NCBI GenBank assembly: GCA_048886685.1
Contig: JBHLKM010000010.1
Location: 23,946-87,945 of the forward strand
Length of the DNA stretch: 64,000 nt
DNA from: Candidatus Hodarchaeota archaeon
GTDB taxonomy: Archaea; Asgardarchaeota; Lokiarchaeia; Sigyniarchaeales; SOKP01
Reading direction: 5' to 3'
A model generated the notes under the pieces. That model was not told the DNA's origin and searched no databases. It saw only the letters and a program-made list of their open reading frames with translations. The position numbers and the translations under genes are program-made. This document shows, one piece after another, positions 1-10,157 of the stretch. The first letter of the stretch is position 1, and every line of letters begins with the position of its first letter.

Positions 1-858
1 CCATTTTATCTCCAAGTATGTTTTCCTGGGCCTCATCCACCATTTAATTCAGCACCAGAATATCGAGCTCTTTATAAACCGGAGGAAATGCCTATAGGTA
101 TACTCCAATTACCTGGAAAGCCTCGTCCCCTGTACACAGACTTTGTCATTAGATGGAGTAACCTTAGTGAAATGACTGCTGAGCAGATGCAATTAATGCG
201 TACTTTTTATTATGCAAAAATTACTATGATTGATGAGAGAATAGGAGATATCACTCGAGCTTTAGAAGAAAAAGGTATGTTGGATAATACATGGATTGTT
301 TATTCCACTGATCATGGAGAAAACCTAGGTGATCACCGACTTAATCAAAAAATCGTATTTTTTGAAAGTGCTCTACACATACCGCTTATCATTAGACCTC
401 CTGGAGGTGTTGAGGGTTGGCAAAGTTCTGCTCTCACCGATCTTTTGGATGTAGTAGCTACTTTTTTAGAAATAACAGAAGCTAAATCTATAAAAAGTTG
501 TGAGGGCCTATCACTTCTTAGCAAAATCAGAGCGGGCCCATCAGATCCTGCAGCTCAAAAGGGTAAAGATGTCATATTCAGTGAAGTACTTGGATATAGC
601 ATGGTTTTTGATGGACGATATAAACTCGCAGCCAATGCTAGAAATAGTAAGCTTGTAGAGTTGATTGACTTGAAAGAAGATCCTCAAGAATTAAGCAATA
701 AGGTTGATGATCCTTCTCTATTAGAGGTCCGTAATAACTTGTTTGAAAAGCATTTGAAACCTTTCTTAGAAAAAACAGATCTTAAAAAACTCAGTGAACA
801 TGAAAAACGGAGAGAAAGAAGGAGAAAAACGTTGATGAAACAGGCATCAATTAAATAA
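1..858 (+). CDS. S1-family sulfatase-like hydrolase, 5'-truncated by the window edge
   Basis: Frame +1 is open from base 1 (PFYLQVCFPGPHPPF...). It has STDHGENLGDH, KIVFFE, HIPLIIRPP and DPQELSN motifs and is a close paralog of 10158..11651. Confidence 0.9.
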   Translation, partial: PFYLQVCFPGPHPPFNSAPEYRALYKPEEMPIGILQLPGKPRPLYTDFVIRWSNLSEMTAEQMQLMRTFYYAKITMIDERIGDITRALEEKGMLDNTWIVYSTDHGENLGDHRLNQKIVFFESALHIPLIIRPPGGVEGWQSSALTDLLDVVATFLEITEAKSIKSCEGLSLLSKIRAGPSDPAAQKGKDVIFSEVLGYSMVFDGRYKLAANARNSKLVELIDLKEDPQELSNKVDDPSLLEVRNNLFEKHLKPFLEKTDLKKLSEHEKRRERRRKTLMKQASIK

Positions 859-917
859 TCAAATTTCTATTAAATATTTGAATTTTGAGAATTAATATTG
901 AAAAAAACTTTAAAAAT

Positions 918-1118
918 TTAAAATCCATATATATTTGATGAATATAGTTTCTGCTTCGCTGTTTTAAGATTATATACTTCCTCAAAATATCTTGGGTTTG
1001 AAATATAGTTTTGATCTCCTAGAGATTTATCTTCTTCATTTTCTTGATGAATTTGAACCTCATGTTTTTTAACTTTAGGACTTTTCAAAACAACTACTTC
1101 TTTATAAGTTTGGGTCAC
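918..1118 (-). CDS. small hypothetical protein (66 aa)
   Basis: GTG start preceded by an AGGAGGT Shine-Dalgarno (~1126-1133, minus strand) and a TATATATA box near 1167-1174. Confidence 0.6.
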   Translation of the reverse strand: MTQTYKEVVVLKSPKVKKHEVQIHQENEEDKSLGDQNYISNPRYFEEVYNLKTAKQKLYSSNIYGF

Positions 1119-1219
1119 TTTATATCTACCTCCTTTTCTATGCTAAGTATTGTTAGATCGGCAATCTATATATAGTTTAACATCTGGAACTTTTATTAGA
1201 GTCTTAGATTAGTACTAGA

Positions 1220-3067
1220 TTATAAAATCACTTCAGCCCCCTTACTAATAAATATTTCTGTGATTAGCGATTCTAAGAAAGGAAAATCCTTTAATTCAAG
1301 AATTTGGCTTGTGTTATAACATTTATCGAGAGTTTTTTGTACTAATTCGTTCATTTGTAAATGTTCAGCAAATTTAATTAATTTTTGCTTCGCATAATAT
1401 GATTCTCCTTTAAACAAATAACAAATTGAGAAATTTGCTAAAGGTTCAACGAGTACAGTATGTTGTCCTAGTTTAACTCGATCAAGCCCTTCAGAAAAAA
1501 TTTCATCACTAATTGAGTTAAACGCAGTTAAAAAACTTCCAAAGAGCTCATCACTAAATTTCCATTCATCAGAAAAGTGATATGAGAATATTAAGACCCC
1601 TCCCTCTGCGAGGATTAGAAGTACTAAAGATTGTTCATGCTCAGACTCTGGTGGTTCTAAAGCTCGTTTTCTTAACATAAGGTCTATTGTTTCATTTAAT
1701 GAGACTAGATTCAACCGTTCCGAAATAGGTGTCTCTAGGTTTTTGAAATTTTCCCATTTCTCTAATTGCTCCAATAGTCTATCATGTTCATTTGAAATTG
1801 ATCGAGCTAAGAGCTGAAGACCGTGTTCATCGGCTATCTCCTGAGCTTTAGTTAAATATCTCCGTGCATCTCCTAGATTTATTTGAAGTAAAGCCAATTG
1901 ACCCTGAAGTAAGTTTGCATGAGCTTGTTGCAAATAGGAATTTGTACGATCCGCATCTTTTAGTAGTCTTATTATATATGGTTGAATATCAGTTAAAACT
2001 TCTAAACTTTGAGTATTTCGTAACTCTTCAATATATAAATCACATATCTCGGTTATGGCATCTGTAAATAAGAACTGAGATCCACCTACTTTTATTACAC
2101 CCTCATATTTGTCAATAATGTCCTTTAGAATTGTTTCAGCTTTAGCTTTATCTCGGATTCTAGCGCTTGATTTTAATAATCGTGCGTGTGATAACTGATA
2201 AAAACCCATACTTACTGATTGTTTATTCTTCTCATTATATTGATATAATTGGTCTAAATACTCTTTTGCTTGTTCAGAAGAGTTATTATCTAATAAAAAA
2301 TTTATCAAACGAGCATATGCTCCCCCTGTTGCAGGAAGATTTAATTCCTCATAAATTTTTAAGCCCCTTTTAACATAATTAATAGCAAGGTCTAAATCAC
2401 CTTTTTGATGATAAACTCTTCCCATACCATATAAAGTCCAGCCAATAGTCATTTTGATCCCCATTTTTCCATCCTTAGTTCGTTCCAATATCTTTTTAAA
2501 ATATTTCAATGCTAAATTCAATTCACCTTTTTCCAAATAAATAATACCCTTTACCCACAGTGCCTGATCTAGTGTAAAAGCCCAACGTTTATATTTTTTT
2601 AAAATTAAATACCCCGTATTAATAAATTTTAAGGCAAGATCATATTCACGAGTCCAAAGGTAAATCCAACCTTTGAGATAAAAGAGGATTGCACTCAATT
2701 CTTCTATCTCGGATGGAAATTCTTGTGTTATAGATTTTAGCATTTTTTCGGCTTTTTCAATAGCCTTCCATGATGCTTCTGTGGCACCTAGACCAAAAAC
2801 TTTAAAAAAAAGAGATTTAATTAATTGGATCGGCATGTTTAATCTAGCGCTTTCTTTATTAACATAATTGGTTATATTAAGTACTTCTAGACGCTTTCCT
2901 GAAACAAAATAAATTATCCCTTTTAGATAAAGGTTTTCCAGTTTATCTTCAATGGTAAGTTCCTCCTTTTTTTCAATTTCAGATATTAATTTTAGGGCTT
3001 CTTCTAGCTTTCCTTCATTTAGAAGATCGTACCCTTCTTCTAATTTTTCGTCTATTGAATCAGTCAA
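1220..3067 (-). CDS. TPR-repeat protein with C-terminal longin/roadblock-like domain
   Basis: Repeated TPR motifs (KGELNLALKYF, KGDLDLAINY). The C-terminus LVLLILAEGGVLIFSY...LFGSFLTAFNSISDEIF..GLDRVKLG has a longin-type pattern. The TTG start aligns with the paralog's ATG. Confidence 0.8.
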   Translation of the reverse strand: MTDSIDEKLEEGYDLLNEGKLEEALKLISEIEKKEELTIEDKLENLYLKGIIYFVSGKRLEVLNITNYVNKESARLNMPIQLIKSLFFKVFGLGATEASWKAIEKAEKMLKSITQEFPSEIEELSAILFYLKGWIYLWTREYDLALKFINTGYLILKKYKRWAFTLDQALWVKGIIYLEKGELNLALKYFKKILERTKDGKMGIKMTIGWTLYGMGRVYHQKGDLDLAINYVKRGLKIYEELNLPATGGAYARLINFLLDNNSSEQAKEYLDQLYQYNEKNKQSVSMGFYQLSHARLLKSSARIRDKAKAETILKDIIDKYEGVIKVGGSQFLFTDAITEICDLYIEELRNTQSLEVLTDIQPYIIRLLKDADRTNSYLQQAHANLLQGQLALLQINLGDARRYLTKAQEIADEHGLQLLARSISNEHDRLLEQLEKWENFKNLETPISERLNLVSLNETIDLMLRKRALEPPESEHEQSLVLLILAEGGVLIFSYHFSDEWKFSDELFGSFLTAFNSISDEIFSEGLDRVKLGQHTVLVEPLANFSICYLFKGESYYAKQKLIKFAEHLQMNELVQKTLDKCYNTSQILELKDFPFLESLITEIFISKGAEVIL

Positions 3068-3109
3068 GTGGATTAACCTTATAAAATATAATTTGCGTTT
3101 AAAAATTAG

Positions 3110-3158
3110 ACTAAGAAAAAAGAAGACACTTCTGTATATAAGATTTTTTAACTATTTT
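3110..3158 (-). promoter_or_regulatory. archaeal promoter (TATA/BRE-like) conserved upstream of both TPR paralogs
   Basis: The block ACTAAG..AAAAAGAAGA..TCTGTATATAA..TTTTTAACTATTTT recurs at 5059-5107 and reads TTATATA on the coding strand. Confidence 0.6.
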
Positions 3159-3162
3159 AATG

Positions 3163-5016
3163 CTAGCTAATTAATTCAGAGCTTTTATGCTTAAATACTT
3201 CGGTGATTAGGGATTCCAGGAAAGGAAAATCCTTTAATTCAAGAATTTGACCTGTATTATAACATTTATCGAGAATTTGTTGTATTGAATCATTTTTTTG
3301 TAAATATTCAGCAAAATTGTTCAATTTTTGTTTAGCATAATATGATTGTCCTTTAAATAGATAACAAATTGAGAAATTTGCTAAAGGAATCACTAGTACA
3401 GTATGTTCCCCTATTTTAACTCGATCAAGCCCTTTAGAAAAAATTTCGTCGCTAATTGAGTTAAACGCGGTCAAAAAACCTCCAAAGAGCTCATCATTAA
3501 ATTTCCATTCCTTAGTAAAATGATATGAAAATATCAAGATTCCCCCCTCTGCGATGATTAGCAGTACTAAGGATTGTTCATACTCAGGCTCTGGTGGTTC
3601 TATTGCTCGTTTTCTTAACATAAGGTCTATTGTTTCATTTAATGAGATTAAATTCAATCGTTCCGAAATTGGTGCTTCTTGTTTTTCCAAATTTTCCCAT
3701 TTCTCTAATTGTTCCAAAAGTATATCATGCTCATTTGATATTGCCTGAGCCAAGAGTTGAAGACCATGTTCATCAGCTATTTTCTGAGCTACAGTTAAAT
3801 ATCTTCGTGCATCTCCCAGATTTATTTGAAGTAAAGCTAATTGACCTTGAAGTAAGTTTACATGAGCCTGTTGCAAATAAGATTTTGTACGCTCCGATTC
3901 CTTAAGTAATCTTGTTAAATATGGTTGCAGATCATCTACAATTTCTAAATTGTCGGTGGTTCGTAATTCTTCAATATATAAATCACAAATCTCGGCTATG
4001 GCATCTGTAAATAAAAATTGAGAGCCACCTATTTTTATTACACCCTCATATTTATCAATAATATCCTTTAAAATAGTTTCAGCATTAGCTTTATCTCGAG
4101 TTCTGGTGCTTGATTTTAGCAATCGTGCTTTTGAAAGTTGATAAAATCCTATACTTACTGGCTGTTTATTCTTCTCATTATACTGATAAAGACGGTCTAA
4201 ATATTCTTGTGCTTGTTTAAGGGAGTTTTTATCCATAAAAATATTTATCAAGGTAGCATATATACGACCTGTGATATGTCCATTTAACTCTTCATAAATT
4301 GCTAGCCCCTTTTTAACATATTCAATAGCGAGATCAAAATCACCTTTTTGATAATAGACTGATCCCATTAACGAAAAACCCCCTCCAGAATTTCTCTTAA
4401 TTCCTAAGGATCCTCCTTTAGTTCGTTCCATAAATCTATTGAGATAGTCTAAAGCTAGGTTCAATTCACCCTTTTCTAAATAAGTAGCAGCTATTAGCCG
4501 TGATTGCCAATCTAGCATAAAAGTCCAACGATTATAATGTTCAAAAAGTGAATAACTCTTATTGAATAATTCCAAAGCAAGATCAAATTCTTGTTCCATA
4601 TAATACATCCAACCTTTTAAGTTTAGTAGTAATGCTTCTGTTTCTTCAATCTCGGAGGATAATTCTTGCGTAATTGATTTTAGTATTTGTTCTGCTTTTT
4701 CAATATCTTTCCATGATACTTCAGCAGTGAAAAAAGCTAAAGTTCCAAATTTAAGAAGGATAGATTGGGCTAGATCAAATGGCTTTTTCAATCTAATGCT
4801 TTCTTTATAGAGGTATTCTACTAAATTAAGTACGTCCACAAAATTTCCCGCAAAAAAAGAGATAATTCCTTTTAGAGTCAAGATTCTCAATTTCTCTTCA
4901 GGGTTAATTTCCTCTTTTTTTTCGATTTCAGATATTAATTTCAAGGCTTCTTCTAGCTTCCCTTCATTTAGGAGATCCCAACCTCTTTCTAATCTCTCGT
5001 CTATTAAATCAGCCAT
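3163..5016 (-). CDS. TPR-repeat protein with C-terminal longin/roadblock-like domain (tandem paralog)
   Basis: Colinear with 1220..3067 and highly similar to it over the whole length. Confidence 0.8.
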   Translation of the reverse strand: MADLIDERLERGWDLLNEGKLEEALKLISEIEKKEEINPEEKLRILTLKGIISFFAGNFVDVLNLVEYLYKESIRLKKPFDLAQSILLKFGTLAFFTAEVSWKDIEKAEQILKSITQELSSEIEETEALLLNLKGWMYYMEQEFDLALELFNKSYSLFEHYNRWTFMLDWQSRLIAATYLEKGELNLALDYLNRFMERTKGGSLGIKRNSGGGFSLMGSVYYQKGDFDLAIEYVKKGLAIYEELNGHITGRIYATLINIFMDKNSLKQAQEYLDRLYQYNEKNKQPVSIGFYQLSKARLLKSSTRTRDKANAETILKDIIDKYEGVIKIGGSQFLFTDAIAEICDLYIEELRTTDNLEIVDDLQPYLTRLLKESERTKSYLQQAHVNLLQGQLALLQINLGDARRYLTVAQKIADEHGLQLLAQAISNEHDILLEQLEKWENLEKQEAPISERLNLISLNETIDLMLRKRAIEPPEPEYEQSLVLLIIAEGGILIFSYHFTKEWKFNDELFGGFLTAFNSISDEIFSKGLDRVKIGEHTVLVIPLANFSICYLFKGQSYYAKQKLNNFAEYLQKNDSIQQILDKCYNTGQILELKDFPFLESLITEVFKHKSSELIS

Positions 5017-5058
5017 ACGGATTTAACCTGTATAATATAAAAAATATTTGAGAGGATA

Positions 5059-5107
5059 ACTAAGGAAAAAGAAGAAGCCTCTGTATATAAAAATTTTTAA
5101 CTATTTT
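5059..5107 (-). promoter_or_regulatory. second copy of the TPR-gene promoter
   Basis: Matches 3110-3158 at the same position relative to the start codon. Confidence 0.6.
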
Positions 5108-5348
5108 TTTGTCTATTAATGCAGCAAATTGAAATTTCTTGGAGTATGCTTTTTCTTTTTACAATGTCGTTTGTGATAATCATATACTTTATTGACTTCT
5201 TAACGATCCATAGTTAATTTCTTAGAAATTTGTTACAGGTAAGCTTTTGTAAACTTAAAATTAATTTGATTAGAGTTTAATGCAAAATTAATTGTTCTTA
5301 CATTAAAGAAATAGAATTTATTGATTAAAAGAAAACAATTCTACCATT

Positions 5349-6950
5349 TTATGTTAAAGCTTGTCTATGAGGATAACAACTTTGAGCTTTAAGATTTTCA
5401 TGAAACAACTCATTAACTAGCTCATTCCTTAAATCTTTATCTTTATACCATAAATTATGTAATTCATTTGGGTCATTTTTTCTATCAAAGATATCTCCAT
5501 AATCTCGCAAACCTTCATATAAAGTAATTTTATAGTCCTCTGTAACCAGATGTCGTAATCTTATCTTGTAAGGATCAACTTCTTCATCTTCTTCAATCAA
5601 ACAACAATTTCTAATTTTCATGTTTGGGTTATCTAATATTGGAGTTATATCATATCCTTGCATGTCCGGTGGCTGACGACGTTGACCAATACCTAGAAGG
5701 TTTAATATTGTCTTAGGAATGTCGATAGAACTCACCAAAGAATCGGAAATTGCTCTTTTTGTTAGTCCAGGAACTTTCCATATTAAAGGAACTTGTAATA
5801 CGCCATTAAAAGGATTAGGTCCTTTTAAACACATTCCATGGTCTCCCATCAAATCACCATGATCACTTGTATAAATCACCATTGTGTTATCTTCTAAGCC
5901 TAATTTTTCTAAAGAAGTTAAAATTTTTCCAACACCATGGTCTATCATTGATAAAGATCCGTAAGTTAATGCAGTAAACTTTCGTACTTCTTCTTCTGCT
6001 GATTCTCGTATTAGAGTGCCTCTAAATGGTGGTTTTTTTAAATATTGGCCTAAGAATTTATGATGATATATATTCTCAATATCGGTGTAACTTGGGGGGA
6101 GTGTAATATTTTCTGGTTTATACATTTCATGATACTTTCCAGGTGGACCAACAGGATGATGTGGATCGGGAAATGAACAATGCATAAAGAAGGGTTTATT
6201 TCCATATTCTCCTTTAGCATATCTTTCAAGAAAGGCTATTGTGCGTTCTGCAACAAACGTAGTTGGATAAAGCTCTTCTGGCATTTCAGTTTCATATATA
6301 AAAGTAAATGGCTTTCTCTTCCTCCTTAACTTTAAAAGATCATTAAAGATTGTTCTTTCATTTTCGAATGTTCTTTTTCCTATTAATTCTTTCATGAAAC
6401 TAGTATTATTTAGTACCTTTTCCTTTAACCAATCTAAGTAATGCCCACCACAAATATCCCCATGACCGATAGAAATCTCTACCTCATCAAATCCATAATA
6501 AGGTGAGTTGAAAATTTCTTTCATTTTTGAAAATGTATTAATATCGTCCCATTTGGCAGCATGTTCTACAGAAGAAGATTTTCTTTGAAATGGAAGAAAA
6601 TGCCATTGCAGGTGCATTTTACCTACATTAACTGTGTGATAACCTTTTTTTTGTAAAGCTTGAGTTATTGTGGGAACATTTGTAGGTAAATTGATTCCAT
6701 TGCTTCTAAGTCCATGCATGTTTGGGTATAATCCCGTAAGTAGGGTGGCTCTATTAGGCATACACATTGGGTTAGCTACATAGGCATTTGTAAATCTTAC
6801 TCCTTCATTTGCGAATTTATCGATGTTAGGTGTTTTCAAAATTGGATTCCCTGAACAACCCAAGTGATCAGCCCGTTGTTGATCGGTTATTATAAATAAA
6901 ACATTCATTCTTTCGCTTATAGGACTCAACTCGTTTACTTTTGATTTCAA
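5349..6950 (-). CDS. Cys-type S1 sulfatase-like hydrolase
   Basis: TDQQRAD, CMPNR (CxPxR), GKMH, PDPHHP and SDHGD motifs. The real start may be the internal MNVLF. Confidence 0.92.
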   Translation of the reverse strand: MKSKVNELSPISERMNVLFIITDQQRADHLGCSGNPILKTPNIDKFANEGVRFTNAYVANPMCMPNRATLLTGLYPNMHGLRSNGINLPTNVPTITQALQKKGYHTVNVGKMHLQWHFLPFQRKSSSVEHAAKWDDINTFSKMKEIFNSPYYGFDEVEISIGHGDICGGHYLDWLKEKVLNNTSFMKELIGKRTFENERTIFNDLLKLRRKRKPFTFIYETEMPEELYPTTFVAERTIAFLERYAKGEYGNKPFFMHCSFPDPHHPVGPPGKYHEMYKPENITLPPSYTDIENIYHHKFLGQYLKKPPFRGTLIRESAEEEVRKFTALTYGSLSMIDHGVGKILTSLEKLGLEDNTMVIYTSDHGDLMGDHGMCLKGPNPFNGVLQVPLIWKVPGLTKRAISDSLVSSIDIPKTILNLLGIGQRRQPPDMQGYDITPILDNPNMKIRNCCLIEEDEEVDPYKIRLRHLVTEDYKITLYEGLRDYGDIFDRKNDPNELHNLWYKDKDLRNELVNELFHENLKAQSCYPHRQALT

Positions 6951-6997
6951 TTTTAAGTTTTCTTAAATAGTCAATCTTTAAATTATAAAAAATGGGA

Positions 6998-8584
6998 TTA
7001 TGCTCGAGCTTGTCTTACTGTTCGATCATCAACATTAATAATTTCGTGAAGTAACTTGTTTAAAAGTTTATCTCTAATTTCTCTTGAATTTTTATCATGC
7101 CATAAATTATTTAGTTCATATGGATCGTTTTTTAAGTCATATAAATCTCCAGTTTCTTCTCTTCCTTGATAAACAGTAATTCGATAACTATCTGTTATCA
7201 TTGTCCGAGCTCTAAATGGGGGGAAACCGGTTGTATCTCTTAGAGTATCCTCATCTTCTTCAATTATACAATTATCCCTTACCCTTATTTCTGGGTTTTC
7301 GAAAATTGGCGTTAAGTCATATCCTTGCATTCCAGGAGGGTGGTCTCTGTGTTTTATATTTAATAAATTTAAAATTGTAGTAGGAATATCGATTGAACTA
7401 GCAAGAGAATTGGTTATGGTTCCAGGTTTTGTCAAACCAGGAACTTTCCAAATAAAGGGTACTTTTACTTCTCCCTGGTAATGAGCTCTTCCTTTCATTA
7501 TTATTCCATGGTCTCCCATAAAATCACCATGATCGCTTGTAAATATTACCATAGTGTTTTCTTCTAACCCAAAAGTATTTAATGCTGCTAATATTTGCCC
7601 GATCCCATGATCTATCATTGAAACTGTCCCATAAGTGTAAGCTTGGAACTTTCGCAATTGTTCTTCAGGGATTCCGCGTGAAACTGACTCATGAGTGGAA
7701 GCCTGGACTTTTCGCAATTGTTCTTCTCGTATTCTGCGTGAACTTCTTCTTTTAAAATATACCCCTAATACTTCATGGTCGTGCACTCTATCTAGATTTC
7801 TAAACGTTGGGGAAATTTTAATTTCTTCAGGGTCATACATCTCTTTATATTTTCCGGGAGGGGAGACAGGATGATGAGGATCGGGAAACGAACAATGTAG
7901 GAAAAAAGGTTTGTTTCCATATTTCCCTTCTGAAAATCTTTTAAGAAATGAGATAGTTTTTTCTGTTACATAAGTTGTTTGATAAAGTTCTTCTGGGATT
8001 GTAGTATCATACATAATATAATCGAAGAGTTTAGGAGCATTATACTTCACTGACTTATAATATTCTAGATTCCTTTCTTCAAGCCAATCTAAATAGTGTC
8101 CTCCAACAGCCCATCCATGCCCTATGGTAAATTCTACTTCATCCAATCCATAATAAGGTTTTGGAATAGGTGGTTTTTTTTCTTTGTCAACGAATACACT
8201 AGTGATCATTGATTCTACAGACTTGAATTTCCTACTATAAGATGAACCATAATAATTTAGATGGATTTTTCCAATTGAACAGGTATGATAGCCATTATTG
8301 AGAAGAGTTTGAGTAATAGTTGGAATATTTGGGTTCAAATTGATCCCATTAGACCTTACTCCATGAACACTCGGATATTTTCCTGTAAAAATTGTAGCTC
8401 TGTTAGGCATGCACATTGGGTTAGCTACATAAGTATTAGTAAATCTAATCCCTTCACTTGCAAGTTTATCAAGGTTAGGTGTTTTTAAATCAGGATTTCC
8501 TGCACAACCCAAATGATCTGCGCGTTGTTGGTCAGTAATAATAAATAATACATTCATTTTTTCACTCATGATTTTCAACCTCAA
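6998..8584 (-). CDS. Cys-type S1 sulfatase-like hydrolase (paralog of 5349..6950)
   Basis: TDQQRAD, CMPNR, GKIH, PDPHHP and SDHGD motifs. Confidence 0.92.
   Translation of the reverse strand: MRLKIMSEKMNVLFIITDQQRADHLGCAGNPDLKTPNLDKLASEGIRFTNTYVANPMCMPNRATIFTGKYPSVHGVRSNGINLNPNIPTITQTLLNNGYHTCSIGKIHLNYYGSSYSRKFKSVESMITSVFVDKEKKPPIPKPYYGLDEVEFTIGHGWAVGGHYLDWLEERNLEYYKSVKYNAPKLFDYIMYDTTIPEELYQTTYVTEKTISFLKRFSEGKYGNKPFFLHCSFPDPHHPVSPPGKYKEMYDPEEIKISPTFRNLDRVHDHEVLGVYFKRRSSRRIREEQLRKVQASTHESVSRGIPEEQLRKFQAYTYGTVSMIDHGIGQILAALNTFGLEENTMVIFTSDHGDFMGDHGIIMKGRAHYQGEVKVPFIWKVPGLTKPGTITNSLASSIDIPTTILNLLNIKHRDHPPGMQGYDLTPIFENPEIRVRDNCIIEEDEDTLRDTTGFPPFRARTMITDSYRITVYQGREETGDLYDLKNDPYELNNLWHDKNSREIRDKLLNKLLHEIINVDDRTVRQARA
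7621..7740. repeat. imperfect 60-bp tandem duplication within the sulfatase gene
   Basis: 7621-7680 and 7681-7740 match at 49/60 nt (hand count). They encode RRIREEQLRKVQASTHESVS and RGIPEEQLRKFQAYTYGTVS. Confidence 0.9.
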
Positions 8585-8597
8585 TAATACTATTAAA

Positions 8598-10073
8598 TTA
8601 GAAAATTTCTTCCCCGATTTGACCTCTAGGCGTTATTTCTTTGAAATATTTGTTATATAACTCTTCTCCAATTACTTTTCCTTCAGAACTATGAGCAAGA
8701 TTATTATTTTCATAATAGTCATTAGTCCTGTCATATAACTCTAATAATCTTCCTGAAGTTATATTAAAGACAAATTTCCATTTTGTAGTAGCTCCCATAA
8801 TGAATTTACCAACTTGGCTAATACATAATTCTTTATGATGATAATTCTTATCTAATGTATCATCATAAATAAACGGCAGTAGAGATTTTCCACGATGATT
8901 TGGAGGAGGATTAATATTAAGAATCTCAAATATAGTTGCAGGAATATCAAGTAATTCAACATCCTGTTCAAAAACTTTACCTTTAATTCCCTCAGGAGGT
9001 CTGACTATTAATGGGATCATGACCGCCGATCGATAAAAAACGAATTTCATGAAGAGTTTATGATCTCCCAGCATCTCTCCATGATCACTTGTATAGATAA
9101 TCCAAGTATTATCTAATAATCCCTTTTCCTCTAAGATTTTTCTTATTTCTCCTATTTTCTGGTCAATTAATGTCACATTCGCATAATACGCTGCTCTACT
9201 CTTTTTAATATAATCCTCGGTAAGATTTTTACTTCTACTAATGTTTCGAGATACAGAAATGTAATAAGGAAAAGGTCTTTTTGGTCCTTGAATCTCTTCA
9301 CCATTTAAGTTTACTTCTTCTGGATTATATAGATCTACATATTCTTTTATACAATCAAAAGGATCATGGGGCCCAGGAATACCAATAAATAAGCAGAAGG
9401 GTTTATTGGAATCTTGAATATTATTGTAATTTTTCAGCCATTTTATTGCCAAATCTCCTACAAAATTGTCTATATAATACTCACTTGGTAAAGGGATTGG
9501 TTCGGCTAAAAGAATTGGGTATTTTGTTAGGTGTTCTTGATAAGCTTTTAAAAGATCATGTTCTTCTAATGCATCAGTATAGTATGAACCCACTCTTCTA
9601 GATTCCATTTTTCCACATACTTCTTGAATTTCGGTAAAGCCAATTTCCTTCATTCCGGCTTCATGATTTTTCGCATGATCATCTAATGATCCCAGTTCTA
9701 ACTTTGCAGTTCTTCCTTTTGATAAATGACGAACAAAATGTTGCTTACCTATATCAATCGTTTCATATCCATTATGCTTTAAAATGTTTAGAAAAGAGTC
9801 TTGAATTAGTTCTGGACATCTTTCGTGAATAAAGGTACGATTTGAATAGGTCCCTAATTCATGAACATACCGTCCCAATAAATGAACTGCTCTTGCAGGA
9901 ACACATAGGGGGGACTGAGTTATTGTATTCTTAAATCTAACCCCCTCCGAAGCAAGGCGATCTAAATTTGGTGTTTTAACAATAGGATGGCCAGCACAAC
10001 CCATAATGTCGGCTCTATGCTGATCAGGCATGATAATAACAAAATTTGGTTTTGTCCCCATGATTCTTCTCAT
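8598..10073 (-). CDS. Cys-type S1 sulfatase-like hydrolase
   Basis: PDQHRAD, CVPAR, GKQH, PGPHDP and SDHGE motifs. Confidence 0.92.
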   Translation of the reverse strand: MRRIMGTKPNFVIIMPDQHRADIMGCAGHPIVKTPNLDRLASEGVRFKNTITQSPLCVPARAVHLLGRYVHELGTYSNRTFIHERCPELIQDSFLNILKHNGYETIDIGKQHFVRHLSKGRTAKLELGSLDDHAKNHEAGMKEIGFTEIQEVCGKMESRRVGSYYTDALEEHDLLKAYQEHLTKYPILLAEPIPLPSEYYIDNFVGDLAIKWLKNYNNIQDSNKPFCLFIGIPGPHDPFDCIKEYVDLYNPEEVNLNGEEIQGPKRPFPYYISVSRNISRSKNLTEDYIKKSRAAYYANVTLIDQKIGEIRKILEEKGLLDNTWIIYTSDHGEMLGDHKLFMKFVFYRSAVMIPLIVRPPEGIKGKVFEQDVELLDIPATIFEILNINPPPNHRGKSLLPFIYDDTLDKNYHHKELCISQVGKFIMGATTKWKFVFNITSGRLLELYDRTNDYYENNNLAHSSEGKVIGEELYNKYFKEITPRGQIGEEIF

Positions 10074-10157
10074 ATTTATTTTTGATCTTAGAATATTTTT
10101 ATTTCGTTTTTTTAATATTTAATAATAACTAAAAAGGGAAAAAAATTTTAGATTCAA

